In this document: positions 8,416 through 17,429 of the stretch, in pieces
Numbering within the stretch: the first letter of the stretch is position 1
Layout of the letters: every line of letters starts with the position of its first letter
Source: Candidatus Kapaibacterium sp.
GTDB taxonomy: Bacteria > Bacteroidota > Ignavibacteria > Kapaibacteriales > NICIL-2
NCBI GenBank assembly: GCA_026003495.1
Contig: BPHK01000001.1
Coordinates: forward strand, 1,705,703 to 1,769,702
Reading direction: 5' to 3'
DNA length: 64,000 nucleotides
The notes under the pieces: model-generated
What the model saw: the letters and a program-made list of their open reading frames with translations, nothing else
What the model was told of the DNA's origin: nothing
The model's database searches: none
Position numbers and translations under genes: made by a program

Positions 8416-9270
8416 CTAATAGCTGTAAAACCCACGCCCCGTCTTGCGTCCCAACAACCCTGCAGCCACCATGCGTCGCAGTAATGGGCAGGGACGGTAC
8501 TTGTCGTCACCCAAGCCTTCGTGGAGAACTTCCATGATCGCCAAGCAGACGTCCAAACCGATGAAATCGGCAAGCTGCAGTGGCCCCATCGGATGATTCA
8601 TTCCGAGCTTCATGACCGTGTCAATGTCTTCGGCTGAGGCAACACCCTCCATCAAGCAGTAGATCGCTTCGTTGATCATCGGCATCAGGATGCGGTTCGA
8701 AACGAAGCCGGGGTAGTCCTGCACCGTCACTGGTGTCTTGCCGAGCGCTTGTGCCAGCGCAAAGGTGGTCGCGTACGTTTGGTCACTGGTGGATTGGCCG
8801 CGCACAATTTCGCAGAGCTTCATCACCGGCACGGGGTTGAAAAAGTGCATCCCGATGACTCGGTCCGCACGTGCAGTCGTCGCAGCAATCGCTGTAATCG
8901 AAATCGAGGAGGTATTCGATGCCAGAATGCAATGCTCCGGCGCAGCGTTATCGAGCGTCTCGAAGATCGAGCGCTTGACGTCGAAATTTTCGCTTGCTGC
9001 CTCGATGGCAATATCTGCATCGCGTGCTGCTGCGGGAAGATCGGTCGTCTGCGTAATTCGCGCAAGGATGTTCGGAATATCGCTGTCGGCGATGGTGCCT
9101 TTCTTTGCTTGCCGTGCAAGATTGCTCTCGATCGTCTGCAGTGCCACGCTGAGGCGATCTGCGCTGACATCCACAAGGCGGACGGAGTAGCCACACTGCG
9201 CTGCGACGTGTGCAATGCCGTTGCCCATTGTTCCGGCACCAACGACGAGAATTGTCCGAATCTCTGGCAT
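8416..9270 (-). CDS. hbd: 3-hydroxyacyl-CoA / 3-hydroxybutyryl-CoA dehydrogenase
   Basis: ILVVGAGTMGNGIAHVAAQCGYSVRLVD NAD-binding start, plus the downstream NTSSISIT and HFFNPVPVMKL motifs of the 3HCDH family. ATG 9270 shares one base with the pdxA stop (TAATG). Confidence 0.85.
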   Translation of the reverse strand: MPEIRTILVVGAGTMGNGIAHVAAQCGYSVRLVDVSADRLSVALQTIESNLARQAKKGTIADSDIPNILARITQTTDLPAAARDADIAIEAASENFDVKRSIFETLDNAAPEHCILASNTSSISITAIAATTARADRVIGMHFFNPVPVMKLCEIVRGQSTSDQTYATTFALAQALGKTPVTVQDYPGFVSNRILMPMINEAIYCLMEGVASAEDIDTVMKLGMNHPMGPLQLADFIGLDVCLAIMEVLHEGLGDDKYRPCPLLRRMVAAGLLGRKTGRGFYSY

Positions 9271-10295
9271 TATCGTGCTGGAGTTGGTGAAACATGCATC
9301 AAGGAACGTTTCCGATTTGCTGCAAGATACTGTGCCATGCCAATCGCTTCGAGAAGGCTCTGATAGTCTGCCCGACACTGGCCTGCGATGTCATACGCGG
9401 TGCCGTGATCAGGGGATGTTCGAACAAACGGCAGCCCTGCGGTAATGTTCACACCGCGTCCGCGTGCGATCATCTTCAGCGGGATGAGGCCTTGGTCGTG
9501 ATATTGCGCAACGACGCCGTTGAAGCGCTGCCAATGCCCGCGCGCGAAAAAGCTATCGGCAGGGTATGGCCCCTCAGCTCTGATACCGCGTGTTAGCACG
9601 TGCTCGAGTGCTGGACGAATAACAGTGTCCTCCTCCTGCCCAAGCATTCCGTGCTCTCCTGCGTGGGGATTGAGTCCGAGCACTGCAATCGTTGGGGAAT
9701 CAATCGCAAAGTCCACCGCAAGCGCGCGGTGGAAGCGCTCGATGGTTTCGATCTCGCGCTCGAGCGTGATCAGCTCTGCAACGCGAGCGAGCGGTTCATG
9801 GATCGTCACCAGTGCTACGCGCAGCTCGCTGCATGCCAAGATCATGAGCGGCTCTGCTCCGGCAACGCTACCGAAAAATTCCGTCTGCCCAGCGAAAGGA
9901 AAGCCCGCTGCGTGCAGTGCGTGCTTCGAAACAGGAAGCGTTACCACTGCATCACATTCGCCAGAAACAACTGCACATGCTGCGCACTCGAGCGCTGCCA
10001 TCGCGACCGCACCCGACTGGCGCGTTGGCGTGCCAAGCTGCAGCGCATCGGCACTGCCTTCGATGGGAAGAAGCGGAAGTGTCGAGCCTCCGACAGTGAC
10101 GTTGCCATCTCCGACATGCACTGGCTCGATACATCCCGCCCGCACGAGCACATCAGCGTAGGCTCGCACAATTGCTGGAGGAGCGCAGAGTGCAAGCTCG
10201 ACACTGCTGAACGCAAGCTGTGCATCGTTCAACGCACGAAGCAGAAGCTCAAGCCCTATACCGTTTGGGTCGCCGCACGTAATGATGATGCGCAT
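9270..10295 (-). CDS. pdxA: 4-hydroxythreonine-4-phosphate dehydrogenase
   Basis: MRIIITCGDPNGIGLELLL..., LGLNPHAGE, FVRTSPDHGTAYDIAG: PdxA family signatures. Confidence 0.9.
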   Translation of the reverse strand: MRIIITCGDPNGIGLELLLRALNDAQLAFSSVELALCAPPAIVRAYADVLVRAGCIEPVHVGDGNVTVGGSTLPLLPIEGSADALQLGTPTRQSGAVAMAALECAACAVVSGECDAVVTLPVSKHALHAAGFPFAGQTEFFGSVAGAEPLMILACSELRVALVTIHEPLARVAELITLEREIETIERFHRALAVDFAIDSPTIAVLGLNPHAGEHGMLGQEEDTVIRPALEHVLTRGIRAEGPYPADSFFARGHWQRFNGVVAQYHDQGLIPLKMIARGRGVNITAGLPFVRTSPDHGTAYDIAGQCRADYQSLLEAIGMAQYLAANRKRSLMHVSPTPAR

Positions 10296-10301
10296 TGCCG
10301 A

Positions 10302-11591
10302 TTACTGCATCCGTTCGATAAGCCGTCCGCGACGATGGAAGTTCAAAATCAGACCGAGCGTCGCCATGTTCGCGATAAGTGCTGTCCCCCCCGCACTCAT
10401 CAGTGGCAACGGAATGCCCATCACGGGAACAAGCCCAAGCGTCATCCCCACGTTGACCAGAACGTGGTAGAGCATCATCACCGCAAAACCAAACGTCAGC
10501 ACCGAGGCAATTGGGTCGCGGGCTGCGCGGTAAATCCGCTCCAACCGAACGAGCAAAAAGCCGTACAGCCCAAGCACGATCGCTGCACCGAGAAAGCCGA
10601 ACTCTTCAGCCGGCACACAGAAGATAAAATCTGTCCACTGCTCGGGGATATAGCGGAGCTGCGTTTGCGTACCGTGCAAATACCCTTTGCCAGTGATGCC
10701 GCCACTTCCGATGGCAATCAGCGATTGGAGGACGTGGTAGCCTTCCTCCTTCGGGTACTTTTCTGGCTCGAAGAACGTCCGGATCCGTCCGCGCTGGTAC
10801 TCCGGAAGATGCTCGAACGCAACGCTGCTGGCATAGCTGGTCGTTGCCACCAGGACAAGCGTCGCTACTGGCGCCCACCACCGACGCTCTAGAGCAAAAG
10901 AAATCGCCGCAGCAACAAGTGCAACAGCTCCCAGTGCTAGGAAGGTGTTGTACATCACTGCATGCATGGCGGTGACGGCACTAATTGGCACAAGCACAAG
11001 CAGAAACACAATCAACAGCCGAACGCCTGCCCACAGCAGCACTCCCAGAAGCATCGCAGCATAGACTGAGGCTGTCCCCACATCCTTCTCCAGCAAGACA
11101 AGCCCCATCGGCACGAAGACGATTCCAATCACCTTGAGCATATCCCGCATGCCCCCAAACCCGCGCCCACGCTGTGCCACAAAGAAGCCAGCCATCAAGA
11201 GGGTCGCCAGCTTCCCAAACTCCGAGGGTTGAAATTGAAAGCCACCGAGAGCAATCCAGCAGCGTTGCCCGTGAATTTTCACCCCGATACCCGGAATGAG
11301 CACTGCAACGAGCAATACCATCGCAACCCCGTAGAGCAACGGAATGCTCGCTCGAATAAAGTGGGTCGGAGCGAAAATTGCAGCGAGAAAGAGAACACTT
11401 CCGACAGCGGCAAAGACAAGTTGTTTGGTAAAGTACCCTGCCATCGGCGTCTGGTAGGTGGCGCTGTAGATCGAAATCAAGCCGATTCCAACCAGTGCCA
11501 GCATCGCCATGATACTTGGCAGGTCGTAGGCATCCAATCTCGTTGTGCTGAGCGGCTCACGCCGCTGGTAGTACTCAGCGTAGGTGCTCAT
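10302..11591 (-). CDS. SEDS family peptidoglycan glycosyltransferase (FtsW/RodA/SpoVE)
   Basis: Ten-helix membrane protein with FQPSEFGKL and GIPLPLMSAGGTA motifs. Start at ATG 11591, which forms an ATGA overlap with the purC stop. I cannot distinguish RodA from FtsW. Confidence 0.85.
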   Translation of the reverse strand: MSTYAEYYQRREPLSTTRLDAYDLPSIMAMLALVGIGLISIYSATYQTPMAGYFTKQLVFAAVGSVLFLAAIFAPTHFIRASIPLLYGVAMVLLVAVLIPGIGVKIHGQRCWIALGGFQFQPSEFGKLATLLMAGFFVAQRGRGFGGMRDMLKVIGIVFVPMGLVLLEKDVGTASVYAAMLLGVLLWAGVRLLIVFLLVLVPISAVTAMHAVMYNTFLALGAVALVAAAISFALERRWWAPVATLVLVATTSYASSVAFEHLPEYQRGRIRTFFEPEKYPKEEGYHVLQSLIAIGSGGITGKGYLHGTQTQLRYIPEQWTDFIFCVPAEEFGFLGAAIVLGLYGFLLVRLERIYRAARDPIASVLTFGFAVMMLYHVLVNVGMTLGLVPVMGIPLPLMSAGGTALIANMATLGLILNFHRRGRLIERMQ

Positions 11592-12496
11592 CCGAAGTAC
11601 GCCAGGTGGTTGCCAGTAAGACGGATGTACGCCTCGTGGTAGCGCAGTGCAGTTTGCTCGATAATCGCTGGCGAAAGTGACGGAGGCGGGGGGGTGTGAT
11701 CCCAATCAGTGCGATCGAGCCAATCGCGGAGGATTTGCTTATCGAATTCGACCTGAGGTTTGCCCGGCTCGTATCCCTCTGCCAACCAGTAGCGAGAGGA
11801 GTCCGGTGTCAGGATTTCATCAATCAAAAGCACTGCACCATTGGGCGTTGTGCCGAACTCGAACTTCGTATCTGCCAGAATCAACCCTCGCGCGAGCGCA
11901 TACTCATGTGCGAAGTGGTAGAGCTCGAGCGAAGAGCACCGCAGTTGCTCGGCGAGCTCCTGACCGAGACGCTCTGCCATCGCCTCGAAGGTGATGTTTT
12001 CATCATGCCCGCGATCGGCTTTCGTTGCTGGCGTAAACAGTGGCTCTGGGAGTCGCTCTGATTGCCGCAAACCCGGCGCAAGAGCAATGCCCGAAACTGT
12101 TCCACGCTGTGAATACTCCCGCCACGCAGAACCTGCCAAATAGCCGCGCACAACGCATTCAAAACGGATAGGCTCGGTACGACGGACAAGCATCGTCCGA
12201 CCGTCGAGTTCTGGGTGCTCGCCGACGAGCGCAGGCAGAACCTCGCGCACCTGCACGCTGAGCAGATGGTTGGGGACGATATGCTGTGTCCGCTCGAACC
12301 AAAATGCCGAAAGTTGCGTGAGCACGATTCCCTTGCCAGGAATCGGTTCGGCCATAACCACGTCGTAGGCTGAGACGCGATCGGTTGCTACCATGAGCAA
12401 TCGGTCATCATCAACGGCGAAGACATCGCGGACTTTTCCGCGATGGACAAGCGGAAGCGGTAGATCGCAACGGCTCAGTGTTGCTGGATACACCAT
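11588..12496 (-). CDS. purC: phosphoribosylaminoimidazole-succinocarboxamide (SAICAR) synthase
   Basis: HRGKVRDVF...MVATDRVSAYD, LADTKFEFG, EILTPDSSRYW: long-form PurC signatures. ATG 12496 overlaps the upstream stop (TGATG). Confidence 0.9.
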   Translation of the reverse strand: MVYPATLSRCDLPLPLVHRGKVRDVFAVDDDRLLMVATDRVSAYDVVMAEPIPGKGIVLTQLSAFWFERTQHIVPNHLLSVQVREVLPALVGEHPELDGRTMLVRRTEPIRFECVVRGYLAGSAWREYSQRGTVSGIALAPGLRQSERLPEPLFTPATKADRGHDENITFEAMAERLGQELAEQLRCSSLELYHFAHEYALARGLILADTKFEFGTTPNGAVLLIDEILTPDSSRYWLAEGYEPGKPQVEFDKQILRDWLDRTDWDHTPPPPSLSPAIIEQTALRYHEAYIRLTGNHLAYFG

Positions 12497-13248
12497 CACC
12501 AGAGTACCTGAGAAAGTTGGGCAATCATTTCGGCGCCGAGCGTTCGTATCGGCTGCGGGGTGGTACGTGCGAACACGTCGCGGAGGTAAAATTCGAGCGT
12601 TGCGCCACGGAGTACGGACCACCGGACTGCGACGTTGAGCAATAGTGGCATGCGTTCCTCTAGTGTGCGTGGGTTGAGTTCAATGCTTGCCGATACCGAG
12701 CGACCGAGCGATTGCTCTATCCCCGCCCATGCATTCGGCGACGTACCATTGAAGCGGAGATCGAGTCCGTACCCTACACCGCCGTGGAGCGCAATACCGC
12801 CGAGCGCCCAGCGGAACTGCTTGCTCAGTGCCAAGAATGCTCCAGCTGCTGGCGTGGCAAAGGTTGTTCCACGCGTCGCTCCTCGGCCGAGCGTTTCCAA
12901 GCCGAGCGCCACTGCAGGGAATGTACGCGATTCTTCGATGAGGCGCCATCGCAGGTGAACCGCCGGTGTGCCTTGCCAGCCGATAGCGTTCGAACCAATA
13001 ACGCCGGTACCGCTATAGCCAAGTCCGAGCTGGAGTCGAGCCAGCGGAGAAACGACCGCTTCGAGCAGCACCCCTCCTTGCTCGAAGGCAAGGACGCGCA
13101 CGAGGATTCCCCCACGTGGTAGCACGCCTGCGGTCGGCATTTCCACGATGCGCTGGGATTCGTAGAGTGCCAACTCACCAGCGCTCCCTTGCGCAACGAG
13201 AACACTGCGAAGAAGGAACAACGCGCAAGCAGCTACCCAGACTTTCAT
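12496..13248 (-). CDS. secreted hypothetical protein, possibly a small outer-membrane beta-barrel
   Basis: Signal peptide MKVWVAACALFLLRSVLVAQG. Gly/aromatic-rich alternating segments suggest a beta-barrel. No family recognised. Confidence 0.5.
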   Translation of the reverse strand: MKVWVAACALFLLRSVLVAQGSAGELALYESQRIVEMPTAGVLPRGGILVRVLAFEQGGVLLEAVVSPLARLQLGLGYSGTGVIGSNAIGWQGTPAVHLRWRLIEESRTFPAVALGLETLGRGATRGTTFATPAAGAFLALSKQFRWALGGIALHGGVGYGLDLRFNGTSPNAWAGIEQSLGRSVSASIELNPRTLEERMPLLLNVAVRWSVLRGATLEFYLRDVFARTTPQPIRTLGAEMIAQLSQVLW

Positions 13249-13769
13249 CGAGCAACTACACCGGGAACAGCCCCAGGCTGGATTTCGAGCGTTAGAACAC
13301 GATCAGGTTTGACCGCAATACGCAGCGCCAACAGCAAGTACGCGGCATCCTCGGCAATCTTTCCCCATCCAACTGTTTCGCTACGAGCAGAACATCCGCA
13401 GTTGATCTCCAGCCCTCGTGCCATAGCAGAGCCGATCGCACCGATAAACACAACGAGCATCAGCGCGGCAAGCACTGCATTGATGCGAAGCCGCACACCG
13501 AAGAGCAGGCATAAGCCCACCACGAGCTCAAGCCACGGTAACACAATTGCGACTAGATTCACCAGAGCAAGTGGCAAGAGCTGATAGCGCTCGATGTTGA
13601 GTGCGAAGTCTGCCGGCGCAGCAATTTTATCAACGGCATACATCACGAATATGCCACCGACGATCGCCCGCGCCAGGAGCCCGGAGGCAGGATGTGCCAA
13701 CACTGCGCGCATGTGTATTGCTCGCTGATGATCAACTACGCTCAAAAATACGCCGTCTCGGCTGTGCAT
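13245..13769 (-). CDS. MauE/DoxX-like redox-associated membrane protein
   Basis: Four hydrophobic helices and a CGC motif (GLEINCGCSA), as in MauE/DoxX family proteins. The stop forms an ATGA overlap with the next gene. Alternative start ATG 13712. Confidence 0.55.
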   Translation of the reverse strand: MHSRDGVFLSVVDHQRAIHMRAVLAHPASGLLARAIVGGIFVMYAVDKIAAPADFALNIERYQLLPLALVNLVAIVLPWLELVVGLCLLFGVRLRINAVLAALMLVVFIGAIGSAMARGLEINCGCSARSETVGWGKIAEDAAYLLLALRIAVKPDRVLTLEIQPGAVPGVVAR

Positions 13770-13867
13770 CTATGCGGCTGTTGCATACCCCAACACTGTC
13801 CAACAATTCCTGCAAACGTGGGACTGGCTGCATCGGATATTTGCGCAGTCACGATTTCACGCATGTG

Positions 13868-15091
13868 ATGAACAAGCGCTTCGTTCTCGTCGTTGACGAT
13901 AGCAGCGACTTCCTAAGCCTTGTCGAGTTGGCACTCGAGCCGGTCGCCGAACAGCACTACCTCGGCATCCTCCATGCCACTGGCGGCGAAGAAGCGCTTG
14001 CTCTGCTGGAGCAGCACCCAAGCACTGCTGCACTGCTGACGGATCTGGCGATGCCGACGATGGATGGGCTCGAACTCATTCGGCGATGCAGAACACGCTA
14101 TCCTCTCCTCCAAATCGTTGTGCTCTCAGGCCGGAGTGATAGTGGGGCCATCATCGAGGCAATCCGTGCCGGTGCGAGCGATTACATCATCAAGCCACCC
14201 ACGCTCGAAGAACTCGAATCGTCGCTCCTATCGGCGTTGGAGCGCTACAGCCAGCTTGAGCGTCAACTGCAGGTGCGGGATAAGCTCGAGCAATACGAAC
14301 GAGAGCTGGCCATAGCTGCGAGCATCCAGCGGCAGATGCTTCCGCTCCCATTGGAACAGAATAGATGTCGCAACGTCAGCGTAGCGGCGCTGTTGATGCC
14401 TGCCCGTCACGTTGCAGGCGACTTCTACGATCACTGGCTCATGCCGGACGACCGGCTTGCTGTCTGCATCGGCGATGTCTCCGGCAAAGGAATCAGCGCT
14501 GCACTACTGATGGCAATGACGAAGACACTTCTACGCTCTCACATCGAGCACGGAAGCACACTGACCGATGCACTCGGAGCTACCAATCGCGTCTTGGCAG
14601 CAAATAATCCCCAGGCATACTTTGTCACAGCTATTGCTGCCATCTTCGATCCACGATCAGGGATCCTCGAGATGTGCAATGCTGCACACGCCGATCCGTT
14701 CTGTATCGGTGCCGATGGCGGCATTCGTCAGCTCTCGCTACCGCATGGAATGCCGCTCGGTGCACTGGAAACGAGTACCTACCAGAGCATCCAGGTGCCC
14801 CTATCCGCCGGTGATCGCGTACTCTTCTACACCGACGGTGTTCTCGATGCACTCTCCGGAGACTTAGCCGAGCAAGACAGCGCGTGGCGGACCGTCATTG
14901 CGCGCGCATTAGCACGGCGTGGTGCTGACTTTCCATCGGCGCTTATCGCAGAACTCTCCCCACTCTGGCTTGCTGAGCATCTGCCCGATGACGTGACAGT
15001 CCTAACACTCGAGTACAAACAGATGGCCTGTGCATCTCTCGAGGAGGGTACACCCTCCACACCATCCACCAAAACTAGGCCGAGTGTTTAG
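13868..15091 (+). CDS. response regulator with PP2C/SpoIIE-type phosphatase output (RsbU-like)
   Basis: REC domain (VLVVDDSSD...LLTDLAMPTMDG...KP) is followed by a coiled linker and PP2C motifs (VAGDFYDH, GDVSGKGISAALLMA, DDVTVL). ATG 13868. Confidence 0.85.
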   Translation: MNKRFVLVVDDSSDFLSLVELALEPVAEQHYLGILHATGGEEALALLEQHPSTAALLTDLAMPTMDGLELIRRCRTRYPLLQIVVLSGRSDSGAIIEAIRAGASDYIIKPPTLEELESSLLSALERYSQLERQLQVRDKLEQYERELAIAASIQRQMLPLPLEQNRCRNVSVAALLMPARHVAGDFYDHWLMPDDRLAVCIGDVSGKGISAALLMAMTKTLLRSHIEHGSTLTDALGATNRVLAANNPQAYFVTAIAAIFDPRSGILEMCNAAHADPFCIGADGGIRQLSLPHGMPLGALETSTYQSIQVPLSAGDRVLFYTDGVLDALSGDLAEQDSAWRTVIARALARRGADFPSALIAELSPLWLAEHLPDDVTVLTLEYKQMACASLEEGTPSTPSTKTRPSV

Positions 15092-15576
15092 TTTGAAATT
15101 ACCGTTTTCCCTGACTTTCGCCAGGCTTCGATACCACCGTAGAGGAACCACACACGATCAAACTTTTGCCGCAATAGACGCTTGAGCAAACGGTATGCAT
15201 CTTTCCCATCTCGGGAAATCAGAACCATGTTGCGCTGAGCGTTCTGCATTGCCCGCAGTTCAGAGATTCTCTTGGTGATTTCATCCGAGGGAATATTTCG
15301 CGAGCCGGGAATATGACCTTCGGCGAATTCCGTTGGGCTGCGCATGTCAATCAGAACCAGCGCAGTATCGTGTGCGATGACCTGCTCAAGTTCGCTCGGG
15401 AGAAACGCATACTCTGGTACTTCTTCGGCATCCGGGAAATGGTAGATGATTTTGGGCTCTTGTTTGGCTTTCGTTTTCGTTTGCTGCGAAGGGGACACCT
15501 TCGCACTACCCATCAGTGCAACCATCAGTGTCCCCACCACAGTGAGCGTTACGGCAATGCGTAGAACCCTGCACAT
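15088..15576 (-). CDS. membrane-anchored rhodanese-domain protein
   Basis: N-terminal hydrophobic anchor, then LIDMRSPTEFAEGHIPGSRNIP and a rhodanese-like fold. I could not confirm an active-site Cys loop. Its stop overlaps the convergent RR-PP2C stop (TTAG). Confidence 0.7.
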   Translation of the reverse strand: MCRVLRIAVTLTVVGTLMVALMGSAKVSPSQQTKTKAKQEPKIIYHFPDAEEVPEYAFLPSELEQVIAHDTALVLIDMRSPTEFAEGHIPGSRNIPSDEITKRISELRAMQNAQRNMVLISRDGKDAYRLLKRLLRQKFDRVWFLYGGIEAWRKSGKTVISN

Positions 15577-15583
15577 ACGCCGC

Positions 15584-16318
15584 TCAGTTCGTTTCAAGCA
15601 GTTCAACTTCGAAGATCAACGTCGAGCCTGGCGGAATCACTCCACCACCGACTTCACGATCGCCATAGGCGAGGTCTGGCGGTAGGTAGAACTTGTACTT
15701 GGAGCCGACCGTCATCAGCTGCACTGCTTCGCTCCAGCCTTTGATGACTTGGTCGAGCTCGAACTCTGCTGGCTCGCCGCGCTTGTAGGAGCTATCGAAT
15801 TCAGTGCCATCGAGTAACATGCCGCGATAGTGCACCTTGACTTTCGCTTTCGGACCAGATGGCTTTGGGCCGTTGCCTTGCACGATCACCTCGTACTGCA
15901 AACCACTCGGTGTGGTCTTGACACCAGCCCGCTTGGCATTTTGCTCGAGGAATTTTTTGCCTTCCGCGCGGTTCTTCGCTGCTTGCTCGGCTTGCTTGGC
16001 TTGTTGTTCGGCTTGCTTTTGCTGTTGGTAGCGCTGGAAGACTTCCACGACATCTTGCTCTGCAAGCGCAAGATGCCTGCCCTCAAACGCATCAGCAATT
16101 GCTTGCTGGAGAATCTCCCGGCGAAGCGGGAATTGTTGGTCCTTGACCATCTGCATGATGTTCATGCCGAGGGCATAGCTCAAGCTATCGGCAAAGTCAC
16201 GCAGATGAACAGCTGTTGCTGCTGGCTGTGGTGCAGCGCCTTTTTTCTGCACTGGCTGTGCCAGAATGCTGCCTGCCCCGAGTGCGACAGCAAGTGCAAT
16301 CCACATTGGACGATTCAT
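15584..16318 (-). CDS. FKBP-type peptidyl-prolyl cis-trans isomerase (FkpA/Mip-like, secreted)
   Basis: Signal peptide MNRPMWIALAVALGAGSILA, a Gln/Ala-rich helical dimerisation arm, and a C-terminal FKBP domain (VHYRGMLLDGTEFDSSYKRGEPAEFELDQVIKGW...LIFEVELL). Confidence 0.85.
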   Translation of the reverse strand: MNRPMWIALAVALGAGSILAQPVQKKGAAPQPAATAVHLRDFADSLSYALGMNIMQMVKDQQFPLRREILQQAIADAFEGRHLALAEQDVVEVFQRYQQQKQAEQQAKQAEQAAKNRAEGKKFLEQNAKRAGVKTTPSGLQYEVIVQGNGPKPSGPKAKVKVHYRGMLLDGTEFDSSYKRGEPAEFELDQVIKGWSEAVQLMTVGSKYKFYLPPDLAYGDREVGGGVIPPGSTLIFEVELLETN

Positions 16319-16468
16319 CGAAGGAACCTTTGAGTAATGGTGAAAATACACTCTGGCGACCAAGCAATGGCGCCAGCACGACGTCGGTTGAGCAACACAC
16401 CACTCCGCACCCGCCTTCAGCAGGCGAGACGGAATACTGTGCCCACTGCGAGCAATGTAAACGGACGA

Positions 16469-16681
16469 TTACTCGTTTTGTTTGACCTTGCGTGTACTCA
16501 TTCCGAAGAGTGCGTACACGGGGCAGAAACTCACAAAGCTTGTGAGCAGGAAAATCACAGCGACAATGCCCAGGATAATCGCCCACGTACCGGTGACAGC
16601 GCCTGCCGACAACAGTACCGCAATGATGATCGCAATCACAATGCGCAGGCCACGATCGAGCCCACCCATGTTCGCCTTCAT
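16469..16681 (-). CDS. DUF2892 (YgaP C-terminal-like) small membrane protein
   Basis: 70 aa. GGLDRGLRIVIA...FCPVYALFG is the typical DUF2892 pattern with two helices. Confidence 0.65.
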   Translation of the reverse strand: MKANMGGLDRGLRIVIAIIIAVLLSAGAVTGTWAIILGIVAVIFLLTSFVSFCPVYALFGMSTRKVKQNE

Positions 16682-16705
16682 GGCACCTCCAACAAACAGT
16701 GAAAC

Positions 16706-17398
16706 TTATTCCAGCCAGAGCGGGATACTTGCTCCGACTGCTGGGAGTCGCAACGTCAGACCGCGGGCAGCAAATGCTTTGGTCGCTGCATCGTGGTCAA
16801 TCCGAATCAACTCGAACGTATCGAAATGCACTCCGATGATATTGGAGCACCGAAGCAGCTCAGCCGCAACGATTGCATCTTCGACGCCCATCGTAAAATT
16901 ATCGCCGATTGGAAGTATTGCAGCATCAAGCGTGTATCGGCGCGGAATGAGTTGCATCTCGAGCGTCAGCGCAGTATCACCGGCATAGTAGAACGTCCCA
17001 GCTGTCGTGGCGACAACAAATCCCATAGGGTTCCCACCATATGTCCCATCGGGTAAGCTGCTCGAATGCTGCGCCACAACGCACTGAACCGTTCCAAATG
17101 GAGCATGCCACGTCCCACCAGTATTCATCGGCCGAACGTTGTGCACTCCCTGCTTGCCAAGCCACTCGGAAATTTCCCATGCGCAGACGACTAGTGCTCC
17201 CGTCTGCTTGGCTAACGCAACAGCATCGGCAACGTGGTCTGCATGGCCATGGGAGAGCAAGATATAATCGGCGCGTATGCTCTCCAGTGTTATTCCCGCT
17301 GCCAGTGGATTCGGAGTGATGAACGGATCGAACAAGAGCCGTTCACCGCTCGGCAACTCGACTGCAAAACACGAGTGACCGTAGTACGTAAACGTCAT
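16706..17398 (-). CDS. metallo-beta-lactamase-fold hydrolase (UPF0173 family)
   Basis: MTFTYYGHSCFAVE...DPFITPNP...ILLSHGHADH matches UPF0173 metal-dependent hydrolases. Confidence 0.8.
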   Translation of the reverse strand: MTFTYYGHSCFAVELPSGERLLFDPFITPNPLAAGITLESIRADYILLSHGHADHVADAVALAKQTGALVVCAWEISEWLGKQGVHNVRPMNTGGTWHAPFGTVQCVVAQHSSSLPDGTYGGNPMGFVVATTAGTFYYAGDTALTLEMQLIPRRYTLDAAILPIGDNFTMGVEDAIVAAELLRCSNIIGVHFDTFELIRIDHDAATKAFAARGLTLRLPAVGASIPLWLE

Positions 17399-17429
17399 TG
17401 CTTTTCAACCTATGGTGGGGCACGCAAAA

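Noticed and set aside
8154-8537. 127-aa plus-strand ORF in the spacer upstream of the T9SS cargo gene.
   Set aside because: Its translation is Thr/Pro/His-rich with no signal peptide or recognisable motif, and it runs into the 3' end of hbd. The spacer is better interpreted as promoter and 5' UTR of the minus-strand gene.
9600-10892. Very long ORFs antisense to, or out of frame with, well-recognised genes. Examples are 9600..10892(+), 23538..24860(+), 34465..35616(+), 37434..38570(+), 41621..42763(+), 42383..43261(-), 26337..27353(+), 49725..50765(+), 56748..57677(-) and 59570..60814(-).
   Set aside because: Each lies entirely within a gene on the other strand or in another frame whose product is unmistakable (pdxA/SEDS, ugd, ABC ATPases, VWA/hslU, rsmB, S2, dusB, tilS). 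Their translations are Arg/Ser/Ala/Cys-rich with no recognisable motifs. Long shadow ORFs are expected in GC-rich DNA.
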